DNA from: a virus
Taxonomy: Duplodnaviria > Caudoviricetes
Length of the DNA stretch: 64,000 nucleotides
IMG/VR virus record: IMGVR_UViG_3300020356_000001
Span: 17,362-81,361 of that record
Reading direction: 5' to 3' (one strand)
Part shown: piece after piece, positions 36,229 through 45,644 of the stretch
Position numbering within the stretch: position 1 is the stretch's first letter
How the letters are laid out: each line of letters opens with the position of its first letter
Notes under the pieces: generated by a model
Databases searched by the model: none
Told to the model about the DNA's origin: nothing
Seen by the model: the letters and a program-made list of their open reading frames with translations, nothing else
Translations under genes and position numbers: made by a program

Positions 36229-37290
36229 TTACCAGCCCTCATCTTTTCTGTCTTCAACTAAGATAGGAGTTTGCCAAAGTATTCCTTTCTCAGGTACATT
36301 GATCCATAGAGCTTGTTGTGGAACCTCGAAAGGAAAGTTCTCCACTGAAGCGTACTCATCGTAACCCTTAAGCGAACCGTTCATTATAAAACCAGATGAA
36401 GGAGCTAATATTAATTGATGGAAATGACCCAGGACCATGCAGGTGAAGTCTGAGTTATTTCTTTTACGTGCCACTAGCCTCATTATTGGAGGCCAGATGC
36501 CACCTATCCCACCACCACCACGAGCTTGATCGCCGTGAGTTAGGAGATAAGTAGAATCATGGATAGTAACAAAACAATCAGGACTGTCAGGAATATTAAA
36601 GGTAACTCGATCATCGCCAGCCCAGTGCGATTCGAGAGTCTTAGCGAGGAACCAATCGAAGTTGTCTCTAGCTCTGAGTTTAGATCGGGGCTTCCTCGTG
36701 CGTCTGCCATGATTACCGACGACGCATGGAACATGCACGTTACCAAATTCATCGGCAAGCATCCCGATACCAGAGGAGAGTTGGTCTGCCCAGAAGAGAA
36801 CAGAACCGAGCATGGTGTCTTCGTTGGTTTCTGTGAGTTCGGTGTGGATATCCCCACTGAACAAGTCACCTCCAAGAAAAAGGACACAGCCCGAATAATC
36901 CAGACCGGCGAGATAATCATTGGTGAGAAGGACAATCTTCTCAAAGAACTTTCGGAGTCTCTTGACCCCGATGTCTCTGTTGTATGCGTTGCGCCCTTGG
37001 ATCTCGTCAGGGTTGACGACTTCATCAAAGTGTGTGTCCGAAAGCACAGCACAAACTATGCCAGTTTCCTTGCCTTGCTTCTTGGGACGGAGCCACGAGG
37101 GTGGCTTGACCGAACGGCTTTTAAGATCAGCAAGAAGATTAACTTGGCTGTCAAGAATTTCAATCTCTTTCGTAAGCGCTTTAACTTGAGACTTAGCCGT
37201 TAAAGCTTCAGTTTTATAACGAGATGCTTCTCGTAAAACTTTAGTTATATCTTCACTTGCCGTGAAGTCTTCTAAGTTAACGTCTGGCAC
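36229..37290 (-). CDS. Calcineurin-like metallophosphoesterase with N-terminal coiled coil
   Basis: SDTH, GGD, GNHG, THGD, GHFH motifs. Confidence 0.8.
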   Translation of the reverse strand: MPDVNLEDFTASEDITKVLREASRYKTEALTAKSQVKALTKEIEILDSQVNLLADLKSRSVKPPSWLRPKKQGKETGIVCAVLSDTHFDEVVNPDEIQGRNAYNRDIGVKRLRKFFEKIVLLTNDYLAGLDYSGCVLFLGGDLFSGDIHTELTETNEDTMLGSVLFWADQLSSGIGMLADEFGNVHVPCVVGNHGRRTRKPRSKLRARDNFDWFLAKTLESHWAGDDRVTFNIPDSPDCFVTIHDSTYLLTHGDQARGGGGIGGIWPPIMRLVARKRNNSDFTCMVLGHFHQLILAPSSGFIMNGSLKGYDEYASVENFPFEVPQQALWINVPEKGILWQTPILVEDRKDEGW

Positions 37291-37498
37291 GAGTAAGGAT
37301 CGCCGCTATCTTACCTTGAGTGGCATCAGGATAACCTTCAGAGTGTAACCATCTGGCTATCATTATCTTTCCTATATGCATATCATTATGTATCGCATCC
37401 CATACTTGATTGTAAATCTCGTCAGGTAATGTATCTATCCAAGCTCCAGGTGATCTACGTCCATCACTTGCAAAGTTTTCTAAAGTCCTAGAGCCCAA
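37277..37498 (-). CDS. Small protein upstream of the phosphoesterase
   Basis: 73-aa coupled ORF. Confidence 0.6.
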   Translation of the reverse strand: MGSRTLENFASDGRRSPGAWIDTLPDEIYNQVWDAIHNDMHIGKIMIARWLHSEGYPDATQGKIAAILTRARR

Positions 37499-38231
37499 TA
37501 GGTATCTCCGGTTTCCACATTGCAGTCCATGTCTTATGATCCATAATCCCGCTTTCTTTTATTAGCATCGTACGTTGTAACATCAACACAGCTTTTAAAG
37601 TTTTGCGTCCGTATACCCCGTCGGCTATTCCGCAATTAAAGTCTAACGAGTTAAGCTTTGATTGCACAACCTTGACGATATCTCCTTTAGATCCTCGTCT
37701 TAATGGAGACATACCTACCTGTCTGCCCATGTCATCTATGATTGCTTGGATACCAGTCCAGTTAACCTCTGGTTCTGGTGGTTCTTCTGGTCTACCAAGA
37801 AAGACTGAGCCTGTTCTGTTGAACCAACTGTTGCCGTTACGTGGTTGGAAATGCCACCATTCCCCTTTAACAGTGGGACGTATACCGTACCTGTGAGCAA
37901 CATTTGTTACTTCATCTGTTGTTATACCTCGTTTAACTATACGAAAGTCAACTGCATACGAATATCCGTCCGGTTGTTCTTGATGAAACGACCCACGAAA
38001 GAAACCATCCGGTCTTTTCCAATCAGGGTTAGCCGCAAGGTTACCTTTACCTCTCTTGTAACGGTCGTAGAGGGCCTTCTGAGCGGCGTACGACCTGCAA
38101 CCTGAACATATTGCCACTTTGTTACCTATGCGCCCGTCAGAGAAGAAATCCTCTAATCGTTGTACAAACCTAGGGTGCAGTAAACTTAGATCAATGCTCT
38201 TATCAGTTACCGGAAGTAGGGGGTTGCTCAT
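37488..38231 (-). CDS. Endolysin: M15-family zinc peptidase plus peptidoglycan-binding domain
   Basis: SGCRS..AQ..LY, GSFH...AVD, EWWH; C-terminal LRRGSKG...DGVYGRKT. Confidence 0.85.
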   Translation of the reverse strand: MSNPLLPVTDKSIDLSLLHPRFVQRLEDFFSDGRIGNKVAICSGCRSYAAQKALYDRYKRGKGNLAANPDWKRPDGFFRGSFHQEQPDGYSYAVDFRIVKRGITTDEVTNVAHRYGIRPTVKGEWWHFQPRNGNSWFNRTGSVFLGRPEEPPEPEVNWTGIQAIIDDMGRQVGMSPLRRGSKGDIVKVVQSKLNSLDFNCGIADGVYGRKTLKAVLMLQRTMLIKESGIMDHKTWTAMWKPEIPIGL

Positions 38232-39201
38232 GGATATCCTCTGGTTCAGCCGTCGGAGTATACTCTAGTATAAGTCTACCATCATTGTCAGTACTATCCG
38301 TGTCAATCATGTGTTGATCTTTACGTTCACCTATCACCATCCATTGACAAACTGTTCCTTCATCCCCAGTGATAGTCAGCTTGCATTCATCTAACGACCA
38401 TTCAACCAGCTTGCCTGATGCTGAAACCATAGACCAAGGGTTAGTATTCAATGCTTTCCATGTGCCTTCAGCCATACCATACTGTTCATCCATGCAGATA
38501 GTTACTGGTTCTGCTCCTAATGTCACAGTGCCTCTGTATATTAGATCAGCATACGGTCCCTCTATGAAAGAGTGGCGTAACCTTTTACCTTCTGTTACTG
38601 GGTGGGGTATGTCGAATGACCCGGAACCTTTAGACAATGAGCCTGTAATAGCTAGATTACCTGAACTGTTAAGTGTCATTAAAGTTGTAATTGAACCAGT
38701 ATCAGGAGCGTCATACCAATTATGTGCTTGAGCATAAGAACCTATTAGACTGGTTCCATCTGCATAATGTGACCAGTAAGTAACAGCTTCTCTACCATTA
38801 GTAGTCCCACTATTTAATACACCACTAGCCCAGAAGCAACGGCCTCCATAGCTTTGAGAGTTATCGTATTCTCTACCCCATGCGTAAGCACGAATATTAT
38901 CATTGTGCATTACAGGAGCACCTATTTGTATCTGAGCATAGTCACCGTAATTAGTAGGCGATGTCACAGTGCCAGAAATAGAAGAAACATATCCATTATA
39001 AATTTGACTGTCATGCCCAGTATCAAACGATACGTAACCGTAAGCATCAAGAGTATCAAATGGATGATCTATTACACCAAGTTTTATACTGCCTCCGCCA
39101 TCAGATGATGAGCCTTTGTACTGTGTATAACCACCAGTACCTACACGTTGTTGCGCTCTACGTGGAGGCGTACCGTAACCGTAACTAGGGAAAAACCTCA
39201 C
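38203..39201 (-). CDS. Tail fibre/spike protein
   Basis: C-terminal GSFDIPHP...LRHSFIEGP..DLIYRG domain; GTGA overlap with upstream gene. Confidence 0.7.
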   Translation of the reverse strand: MRFFPSYGYGTPPRRAQQRVGTGGYTQYKGSSSDGGGSIKLGVIDHPFDTLDAYGYVSFDTGHDSQIYNGYVSSISGTVTSPTNYGDYAQIQIGAPVMHNDNIRAYAWGREYDNSQSYGGRCFWASGVLNSGTTNGREAVTYWSHYADGTSLIGSYAQAHNWYDAPDTGSITTLMTLNSSGNLAITGSLSKGSGSFDIPHPVTEGKRLRHSFIEGPYADLIYRGTVTLGAEPVTICMDEQYGMAEGTWKALNTNPWSMVSASGKLVEWSLDECKLTITGDEGTVCQWMVIGERKDQHMIDTDSTDNDGRLILEYTPTAEPEDIHEQPPTSGN

Positions 39202-41033
39202 GATCCTTGCACCGTTACAACAGAAACAGTTAACACTCCTTCAAACCATCCATTGTCATCAGACCATTTACCAATAGATCCCTGTTCATATGACACACCT
39301 GCTATATAAACTGTTTTAGATTCGTCACCCATTTTGAAAGTAACAAGCGAACGATCTTCTAACAGCGAACGTATGTACGTGTAATCATCCCATGTGTCTT
39401 GATATATATCACGATTACCATACTGTGTTTGTGTTGTGAGAATGACAGGTAGTTGTATTACCTCAGCTACGAATGGCATAGGTATAGCACGTACAGTCCA
39501 TCTGTGTAATGTCGGTGTTGCAGTTGAGCCTGCTCCAGTCAGTGTGATAGTAGGAGTTATGTATTCTCCTGTCACACCAGAGATAGATTTAATACCTGAT
39601 GTGTAAGTAGCATCAGTATCAGAAGTTACAGTAGCTGTAGTTGTATCATCAGAAGTTACTGTGATAGCTACTGCTTCACTTGCCGCAAGACTACTGTGCC
39701 GTAGTTCAACAGACACAGGAGCTTTAAGTTCTGTCACACCCCACCTGAACCTACCTTCGTCAACACTCCCAGTTGTTAGATAGTTAGCGGATTCTTTGTA
39801 TACACCTGCGCCACTAATACTGAACAGTAGATTGCCTTGATCCATTACTATTCCCTGCACAGCGGCGGTACTACTAGCCACCATAATGTCACTAGCGTAA
39901 GCTGGTGTTAAAACATCTGTTAGTTCAGCAAGACTTATCTTGCCTAATCCTGAACGGGTAGTCGTATCAAACGGGGAATCATAATTGTCCCAGTTGAAGT
40001 AAACAAACTCTCCTTGTGGTAGTAGATAATTAACACCACCACTTATTTCAACAAGAGGACCATATGTTATGTACCCTTGTCCTTGTATCTGAGCTAGACG
40101 TATACCTTTAGAAGTGCCGATAACAAGCAAACCACCATACTCTGTGATTGCATTAACTGTTTCACCTACTGGTAGTTCAGCGGCTATAACAGGAACATTC
40201 AAAGCAGAAGTCGAATCGTTAATACCTATGTAGTAGATGCGTCCTTGAACACCTTGGTTGCCAGCCGCGAATATACCTACAGGTGAGCCAACAACAGACA
40301 CCCAGGAATCAACTTGGTTAAAACTAGAGCTAGCTATATCAGCATTAGTACTAGCTACAGAGCCAGAAGAAAGAACAGTAAGCCTGTCAGCTACCGAAGC
40401 TATGAGATAACCGTTAGCTACCCACACACCATCAGCGCTATTCAACATCCAATGGTCAGTACCATCACTAGAAGTAGCAAATGTAGTTCCAGTTACTTTA
40501 ACTATCTTCGCATTAGCGGCTGTATGACCTACTACATAAACATTAGTACCATCACTAGCTATGCCAAGTATGTCATCGCCACAAGGATTAGTAATTGCAG
40601 TAGCAGATCCAAACGAATTAGAAGAAGCCTGTATATTAGGACCGTCACACATATAAGCATATGAAGTGCCACCAGATTTAGCTGTAGCCATATACAGATT
40701 CGTAGAACCATCAGACCAAGCACGGTCTGTGTCTTTCAATAAAGTAAGTTCATTCTTAACCCACACGTTGACACCAGTGGATTGGTAAAACCTTCTCAAC
40801 CCAGACTCAGGAGTATCAGACTCACGCTGACCACCACCCAACTCCCAATCATCACGGCTACGTTTCCAAACACCAGCCTGATTCAAAGACTGCTCACCGG
40901 GAGTACCCTGTGTGTCAAGCCCTTGTCGTATAGGGTCAACCGTTGCTCTTGCTAATCGGCTAACATCTATATTATAACGGCGGTTACCTAAACGAATAGG
41001 GAGCGCATCACGAACAGATTGGTGAAGGGTCAT
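39198..41033 (-). CDS. Tail tubular protein B / nozzle-like beta-propeller
   Basis: 611 aa, beta-rich; follows the adaptor gene. Confidence 0.65.
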   Translation of the reverse strand: MTLHQSVRDALPIRLGNRRYNIDVSRLARATVDPIRQGLDTQGTPGEQSLNQAGVWKRSRDDWELGGGQRESDTPESGLRRFYQSTGVNVWVKNELTLLKDTDRAWSDGSTNLYMATAKSGGTSYAYMCDGPNIQASSNSFGSATAITNPCGDDILGIASDGTNVYVVGHTAANAKIVKVTGTTFATSSDGTDHWMLNSADGVWVANGYLIASVADRLTVLSSGSVASTNADIASSSFNQVDSWVSVVGSPVGIFAAGNQGVQGRIYYIGINDSTSALNVPVIAAELPVGETVNAITEYGGLLVIGTSKGIRLAQIQGQGYITYGPLVEISGGVNYLLPQGEFVYFNWDNYDSPFDTTTRSGLGKISLAELTDVLTPAYASDIMVASSTAAVQGIVMDQGNLLFSISGAGVYKESANYLTTGSVDEGRFRWGVTELKAPVSVELRHSSLAASEAVAITVTSDDTTTATVTSDTDATYTSGIKSISGVTGEYITPTITLTGAGSTATPTLHRWTVRAIPMPFVAEVIQLPVILTTQTQYGNRDIYQDTWDDYTYIRSLLEDRSLVTFKMGDESKTVYIAGVSYEQGSIGKWSDDNGWFEGVLTVSVVTVQGS

Positions 41034-41035
41034 GT

Positions 41036-41968
41036 CTAACGAAGAGTGGTCGGAAAGACTGAAGAACCGGCAGAACCAGTCCTCACGCCGTAAAGAGACA
41101 TTAACCGACGAGCTTCCTCACTTACCCGACGATCATATTGCGCCTGTAATACCAATGAATACCTCGCCCGATCTCCGGGATTCAATGCTCCGTCACCCCT
41201 CGAATCACCAGCGGAATGAAGGTCAAGCCGCAGACTTTCTTCTCCAAGAACAAGCCGTGCCGCTCCTCCTAATGCTGGAATATCACGCATCGAATCCTGC
41301 ATTCCGACAGTGGTGTCAAGACGAGTACCCATATCTAATGCACTTACTGTAAACGGATGAGCATAACGCATGTTCACAGTTACAGCTTTCTCAATACCTT
41401 CTTGCCTGATTACTTTAAATGTTCCATCTGTTTGTCTTTGAACTGTCACATTCATATTAAGTAAACGATCTTCAGAACTACGTGCAGTACGAGTAGCAGA
41501 AATAATATGATAAAACCCTGTACTCGCTAGGTCAGTGGCAGTTACAGATTGAGTGCTAGTGCTGGCAAATGTCACACTTGTAGTTCCAACTGCATAAAGA
41601 TTATTAGGTAATGAATAAATAGAATCACGAACTGCTTCTAATATTTGGAACCCAGTGAAACGTGGTTCTACTTCTATTTTAGAATCAGCAGTCCAGGCAT
41701 AGCCAGCACTCCCATCTATGCCACGTTGAACAGTTGCATACTCACCGTTACGAGCATGAACATACATGGTTTCTGGAGGGTTGGTTCCATCTTCTACAGA
41801 GATATAGGAACCTGCACGAATACCATCGGTCTGATATTTCAATCGTATCGTTGTATCACTAGCACTAATGGTTGTATGAATAGCGTCTAATTCAGTACGA
41901 GTATTACTATTTAATAACCTTTTTGTGTGTGTAACACAATCAGCGATGGTAGGTGCGGTATAAGACAT
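41036..41968 (-). CDS. Head-tail adaptor / tail tubular protein A-like
   Basis: Directly after the major capsid gene; VQRGIDGS motif. Confidence 0.6.
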   Translation of the reverse strand: MSYTAPTIADCVTHTKRLLNSNTRTELDAIHTTISASDTTIRLKYQTDGIRAGSYISVEDGTNPPETMYVHARNGEYATVQRGIDGSAGYAWTADSKIEVEPRFTGFQILEAVRDSIYSLPNNLYAVGTTSVTFASTSTQSVTATDLASTGFYHIISATRTARSSEDRLLNMNVTVQRQTDGTFKVIRQEGIEKAVTVNMRYAHPFTVSALDMGTRLDTTVGMQDSMRDIPALGGAARLVLGEESLRLDLHSAGDSRGDGALNPGDRARYSLVLQAQYDRRVSEEARRLMSLYGVRTGSAGSSVFPTTLR

Positions 41969-42036
41969 ACTTTGATATTAGCGCGTTGAGAGGGGTGAGG
42001 CTATGCCCCACCCCCAACAACTTGTTAATACGGTAC

Positions 42037-43212
42037 TTAGTCCGAGTATCCTGTTAAGGTAGTGAACTTGCCCATATGCTGTTCGCCCTTCACTTGAAGG
42101 CCCTCTTCACATACGATTTGTACCTTGTCGCTGTCGCCTGTTTTAGCGAGAGCCTCGACAACGAGAGGTTGCATAACTCTACGAGAGATGCCATCCTTCG
42201 CGACCAAGAACGCTGTCTCAGCGTGACACCAACGGTTCCTGAGCATCTGTGTTTCACCAAACTCGGTGAAGACGGATGCTACAGGTACACGGCCACGGCG
42301 AGGATCATCAATGACTGTGCGTACACGGCCACTATCTGATACTGCGTTGAGTGTAGCAAACGAGGCAGGGTTAGCGATCAAAAGATCTGGCATACCGCCT
42401 GCGTTGTAGCATTTCTGCTGTAGTGCTTCCAATGCGGCGACAGTCAACGTGGTTGTTGTATCGGTATTGGAAGTAATGTGGTAGTTAAGCCCACCAGTTG
42501 AACGACGCTTGTTTGAAGTGTCATTGTTGTACTGACCATACAAGAAAGCCTGTTCACGAGTTATCACGTTCTCAACTGAGCGGCCATAAACTTGCTTGGC
42601 GAACTCATCAGATACACCATAACGTGATACCTGCTGTTCAGTACGTGACATGTGGATAGGGGTAGGTCCGAAGATTTGGGTGCAGTTTGTGCGGATCGTG
42701 CGATCTGCTGAACGTGCTTCTCCCGGATCGGAACCTTCAACCAATGCAGTACCTACACAGATAACTGTGTCTGCATGTGCGGCTGTTGTTGCTGGCCAAT
42801 CAGCAGAGTTTGCCCAGTCAGCAAGAGTCAAAACACCAGCGGTGTTGTTGACATGCGTAACGCGCTTTACTGCCGCATTAACGGCGGCATCTGCTTCACC
42901 TATGGTGATTAGGTCATCAACTTGGAATTTATACGAGTCTGCGGCAGATACAGTAACATCGGTTGCTCCTGCTCCTGCGGCTCCTGTATCGGTTACGGTT
43001 GCACGAGGAATCAAAAGTTCTTCGTCCATCCATTTAAACTCTTGCTGATCTACGGGAGAACTGCCAAGAAGTTGCCTTCCATCAGTTCCAATACCGTTGA
43101 TAAACGGAGAGTCTGTGGGTGAAATCATGTAAATGAGTTCATCCATGTTGATCTTAACGCCAACGGCAAGATCATATGAGGTTACTTTACCTCCATAGCC
43201 AACTATAGCCAT
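42037..43212 (-). CDS. Major capsid protein (SU10/DUF5309 type)
   Basis: I.MISPTDSPF, FKWMDEEL, NCTQIF, EQAFLYG, RRSTGGL, DS.K.QIVCE.GL. Confidence 0.9.
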   Translation of the reverse strand: MAIVGYGGKVTSYDLAVGVKINMDELIYMISPTDSPFINGIGTDGRQLLGSSPVDQQEFKWMDEELLIPRATVTDTGAAGAGATDVTVSAADSYKFQVDDLITIGEADAAVNAAVKRVTHVNNTAGVLTLADWANSADWPATTAAHADTVICVGTALVEGSDPGEARSADRTIRTNCTQIFGPTPIHMSRTEQQVSRYGVSDEFAKQVYGRSVENVITREQAFLYGQYNNDTSNKRRSTGGLNYHITSNTDTTTTLTVAALEALQQKCYNAGGMPDLLIANPASFATLNAVSDSGRVRTVIDDPRRGRVPVASVFTEFGETQMLRNRWCHAETAFLVAKDGISRRVMQPLVVEALAKTGDSDKVQIVCEEGLQVKGEQHMGKFTTLTGYSD

Positions 43213-43224
43213 GTTATCGCTCCT

Positions 43225-43593
43225 TTAATTAGTAGTGGATTGTCTGTTCTTTCTGTCCCGCAACAGCCCTTCATACTTTGAGCGATTATCAGCAAATTCT
43301 TTAATAGGTATGGTTGAACCATCAGCCTTACGGTATGGGACAAAAGACCCATCCGCCCTATGTTCACCGGCTCTTCCTTTTTCCCAATTAGGCTCTGCCT
43401 TTCTTGGAGGAATCTTATTCCGTCCCCTGTTCGGAGTAGCATCAGCGGTTAAAGCTGGTGACTGAAGAATCCGCTTCGCGGAATCCTTGCCACAATGTGG
43501 GCAAACCTTTACAGGTTCGTCCTTCATGCTTTGTACTAACTCCCAAAGAGAGGGAGGAGTACACCCCTTACATTCGTAAACATATGTAGGCAT
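43225..43593 (-). CDS. FmdB-family zinc-ribbon protein
   Basis: MPTYVYECKGC...QSMKDEP.KVCPHCG. Confidence 0.85.
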   Translation of the reverse strand: MPTYVYECKGCTPPSLWELVQSMKDEPVKVCPHCGKDSAKRILQSPALTADATPNRGRNKIPPRKAEPNWEKGRAGEHRADGSFVPYRKADGSTIPIKEFADNRSKYEGLLRDRKNRQSTTN

Positions 43594-44066
43594 TAGTCAG
43601 ATAAGACTCGTTCGTCGTTTTGACTAGCGGCTTCAAGAACAGTGTGTACAAATCTTGCCGCCGAATCTTCCTTCGGCGTACCTGCATCATACGCTTTTTT
43701 AAATTCTTGGAACCCTTGTTCATAAGGACTTTGAGTAGTTGCTTCTACTGAAACACTTTCATCAGCTAAAAGTTTTCTCTCTTCCATTACTTTAACGTCA
43801 GTCTCATTAACAATTTCCTTCGCCGGTTCCGGTTCTACAACGGGATCCGGGGACGGAGCTAGTTCCTGCCACTCACTTTTAATAGAGTCTGTATCCAGTT
43901 CTCCATCATAAGCTTTGAATAAGAGTTGCCCTGCTTTTGAATCAGTATCAACACCTGCTTTCATAAAAGCTACCTCTCGTTTAAGTAGATCACGTTCAGC
44001 TATTGCTTCTTTACCACGATCTGCCGCATCTCGAAGTTCTTTTATGCCACCAGTTTCATCTTCCAT
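43593..44066 (-). CDS. Capsid scaffolding-like protein
   Basis: IKELRDAA...FMKAGVD...F.KAYDG; likely ATG at 44066 with AAGGAG RBS (ORF track starts at 44210). Confidence 0.7.
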   Translation of the reverse strand: MEDETGGIKELRDAADRGKEAIAERDLLKREVAFMKAGVDTDSKAGQLLFKAYDGELDTDSIKSEWQELAPSPDPVVEPEPAKEIVNETDVKVMEERKLLADESVSVEATTQSPYEQGFQEFKKAYDAGTPKEDSAARFVHTVLEAASQNDERVLSD

Positions 44067-44250
44067 ATCTACACTCCTTTGCTGTCGCACATAGTCGGAG
44101 GAACTATGCGGTGCGTGACTAAATTTGTCTCCCCAGTCGTCACTAGCTGGTTCAACCTCCACTACATACTCATCAGGTGCGTGGGTAATCCCGACGGCTA
44201 TAGCACACACCCGGCCAGTAATAGCTCGCAGGCGGCCAATAAGATTATTA
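44067..44250 (-). promoter_or_regulatory. Structured 5' leader of the scaffold/capsid genes
   Basis: Minus-strand stems GGTGTGTG/CACGCACC (G.U), CATAGT/ACTATG, CCAG/CTGG. Confidence 0.4.
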
Positions 44251-44260
44251 TAACCTAATA

Positions 44261-44506
44261 TCAGTCAGGATCAAGGAATATGCACTCTCCAGGGCATTCT
44301 TCTGCCGCTTCAATAACACTTTCTAACAAGTGGTCAGGTACTTTAACTGACTCTCCCATACGGTGAGTGGGTTCTTTAGGTACAGGAGTGCCTACTTCTC
44401 TTACATAAAACAAGCCGTCATCATGCCCAAAGAATACATCGGGTGCTATCTCTTCGCACAAGCCATCGCCTGTGCATAAGTCTTGGTCGATCCAAACTTT
44501 TGGCAT
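44261..44506 (-). CDS. fdx: Ferredoxin (actinobacterial [3Fe-4S]-type), auxiliary metabolic gene
   Basis: KVWIDQDLCTGDGLCEEIAPDVF...AAEECPGECI (CxxDxxC...CP). Confidence 0.9.
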   Translation of the reverse strand: MPKVWIDQDLCTGDGLCEEIAPDVFFGHDDGLFYVREVGTPVPKEPTHRMGESVKVPDHLLESVIEAAEECPGECIFLDPD

Positions 44507-44688
44507 TAACCGGGATGATTCTGTATGAACTGCTCGTATTTTTCTGGGCTATCTAGAACTATTGTGGTGTAAGAATACTTAGCGCTGTCATCACCCTTAC
44601 CTAAAGTAACAGTGATCGTTCCGATTAAAGTACCTACAGCTACTAACAAGGCTGTTATAGCAGTAATGAGCTTAACAGTCTTATTCAT
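44506..44688 (-). CDS. Small membrane protein
   Basis: TM segment LITAITALLVAVGTLIGTITV. Confidence 0.65.
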   Translation of the reverse strand: MNKTVKLITAITALLVAVGTLIGTITVTLGKGDDSAKYSYTTIVLDSPEKYEQFIQNHPG

Positions 44689-45157
44689 TTTCGTTGTAGA
44701 ATTTCTCTCCCCACGCTTTACTTTGGATAGCTTCTTCAGCTAGATAGATACGATCCCAGATCGTACTAAATTCTGAAGGAACCCAAGCCATAGAAGCAAT
44801 GATCTCTTTCATCTCATCAACATCATCTCTGATTACTTCTAAGTCAGCCGCCATAGCGCTTGTAATGTGAGCAGGAGTAAAACGGCTAAGGTCATCGACC
44901 CTAGCGCTCCGCAAATCATCAAGACCGCCAGCATTTTCCATGACACCTTGAGATATTTCATCAAGTTTTGCCAAAACTGTACTGTCTGTCCCAGTGTTTC
45001 CTTCAATTACCTGCACCTGTTTTTCCAAATCATCTATCCTACCAGCGATACTAGCCGCATTCCATACGACTACTCCACTGGTGATAGCCACGGACATGAT
45101 AAGTCCGAGGGTTATCCTAGATACTTTGACTTGCTTCAGGTCGGTAATGTCAGTCAT
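44681..45157 (-). CDS. Membrane-anchored coiled-coil protein, homolog of 18647-19075
   Basis: Manual alignment with the arm A copy. Confidence 0.7.
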   Translation of the reverse strand: MTDITDLKQVKVSRITLGLIMSVAITSGVVVWNAASIAGRIDDLEKQVQVIEGNTGTDSTVLAKLDEISQGVMENAGGLDDLRSARVDDLSRFTPAHITSAMAADLEVIRDDVDEMKEIIASMAWVPSEFSTIWDRIYLAEEAIQSKAWGEKFYNENE

Positions 45158-45456
45158 TATTGAGAGCTTAACTTTTTTCTAATAGCGTTTTTTGCTTTAG
45201 TTCTTGCTAGTTGTTGTGCAGTACTAACACGATTTGATTTGCCGCCCTTTGAATATCTATCAAAAAAACCTTTACGAGCCATAGCTACTTCTAAAGGCAA
45301 CTCGCTAGGTTTTGAAGCTTTATAATTTTTGCTTCTAACAGACTTACTTGGCATACCGCCACGCTCACCCGGATCTCTAGTTTTCCCAGAGTATCTATGC
45401 CCTAAAGCAATAGCGGCATTATGGCCGAATACTTTTTTTCTAGCCTTTCTAACCAT
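45157..45456 (-). CDS. Highly basic small protein
   Basis: 99 aa, K/R-rich; coupled stop/start. Confidence 0.6.
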   Translation of the reverse strand: MVRKARKKVFGHNAAIALGHRYSGKTRDPGERGGMPSKSVRSKNYKASKPSELPLEVAMARKGFFDRYSKGGKSNRVSTAQQLARTKAKNAIRKKLSSQ

Positions 45457-45644
45457 TAGCTTGCCGCTGAAGCTGATCCGTCACCAAACTGCTTGGCAAC
45501 AACGCTCTTAACAAGGCTGAGAACAGCAGTAGCTCCTGCAAGTCCAGCCGCTTTCATGCTTCCCATGTCACCAATGGTGAACACAGCAAGGAATGACTGC
45601 GCGAATGTGGCAATCACTCTCTCAAGTACGTCTTTGTTAAACAT
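45456..45644 (-). CDS. Holin (actinophage r1t-like)
   Basis: LERVIATFAQSFLA...; homolog of 5901-6077. Confidence 0.75.
   Translation of the reverse strand: MFNKDVLERVIATFAQSFLAVFTIGDMGSMKAAGLAGATAVLSLVKSVVAKQFGDGSASAAS

Noticed and set aside
36540-37203. ORFs 36540-37052 (-) and 36559-37203 (+)
   Set aside because: Shadow frames over a motif-complete phosphoesterase gene.
41032-41352. Protein-looking antisense ORF (106 aa)
   Set aside because: Lies antisense within the adaptor gene, with no recognisable RBS or motifs.
41985-42020. Intrinsic terminator after the major capsid gene
   Set aside because: A GC-rich hairpin is present, but no U-tract follows on the minus strand.
44140-44215. Hammerhead ribozyme (CTGATGAG on the minus strand)
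   Set aside because: No CGAAA after a stem II, and no NUH cleavage triplet before stem I.
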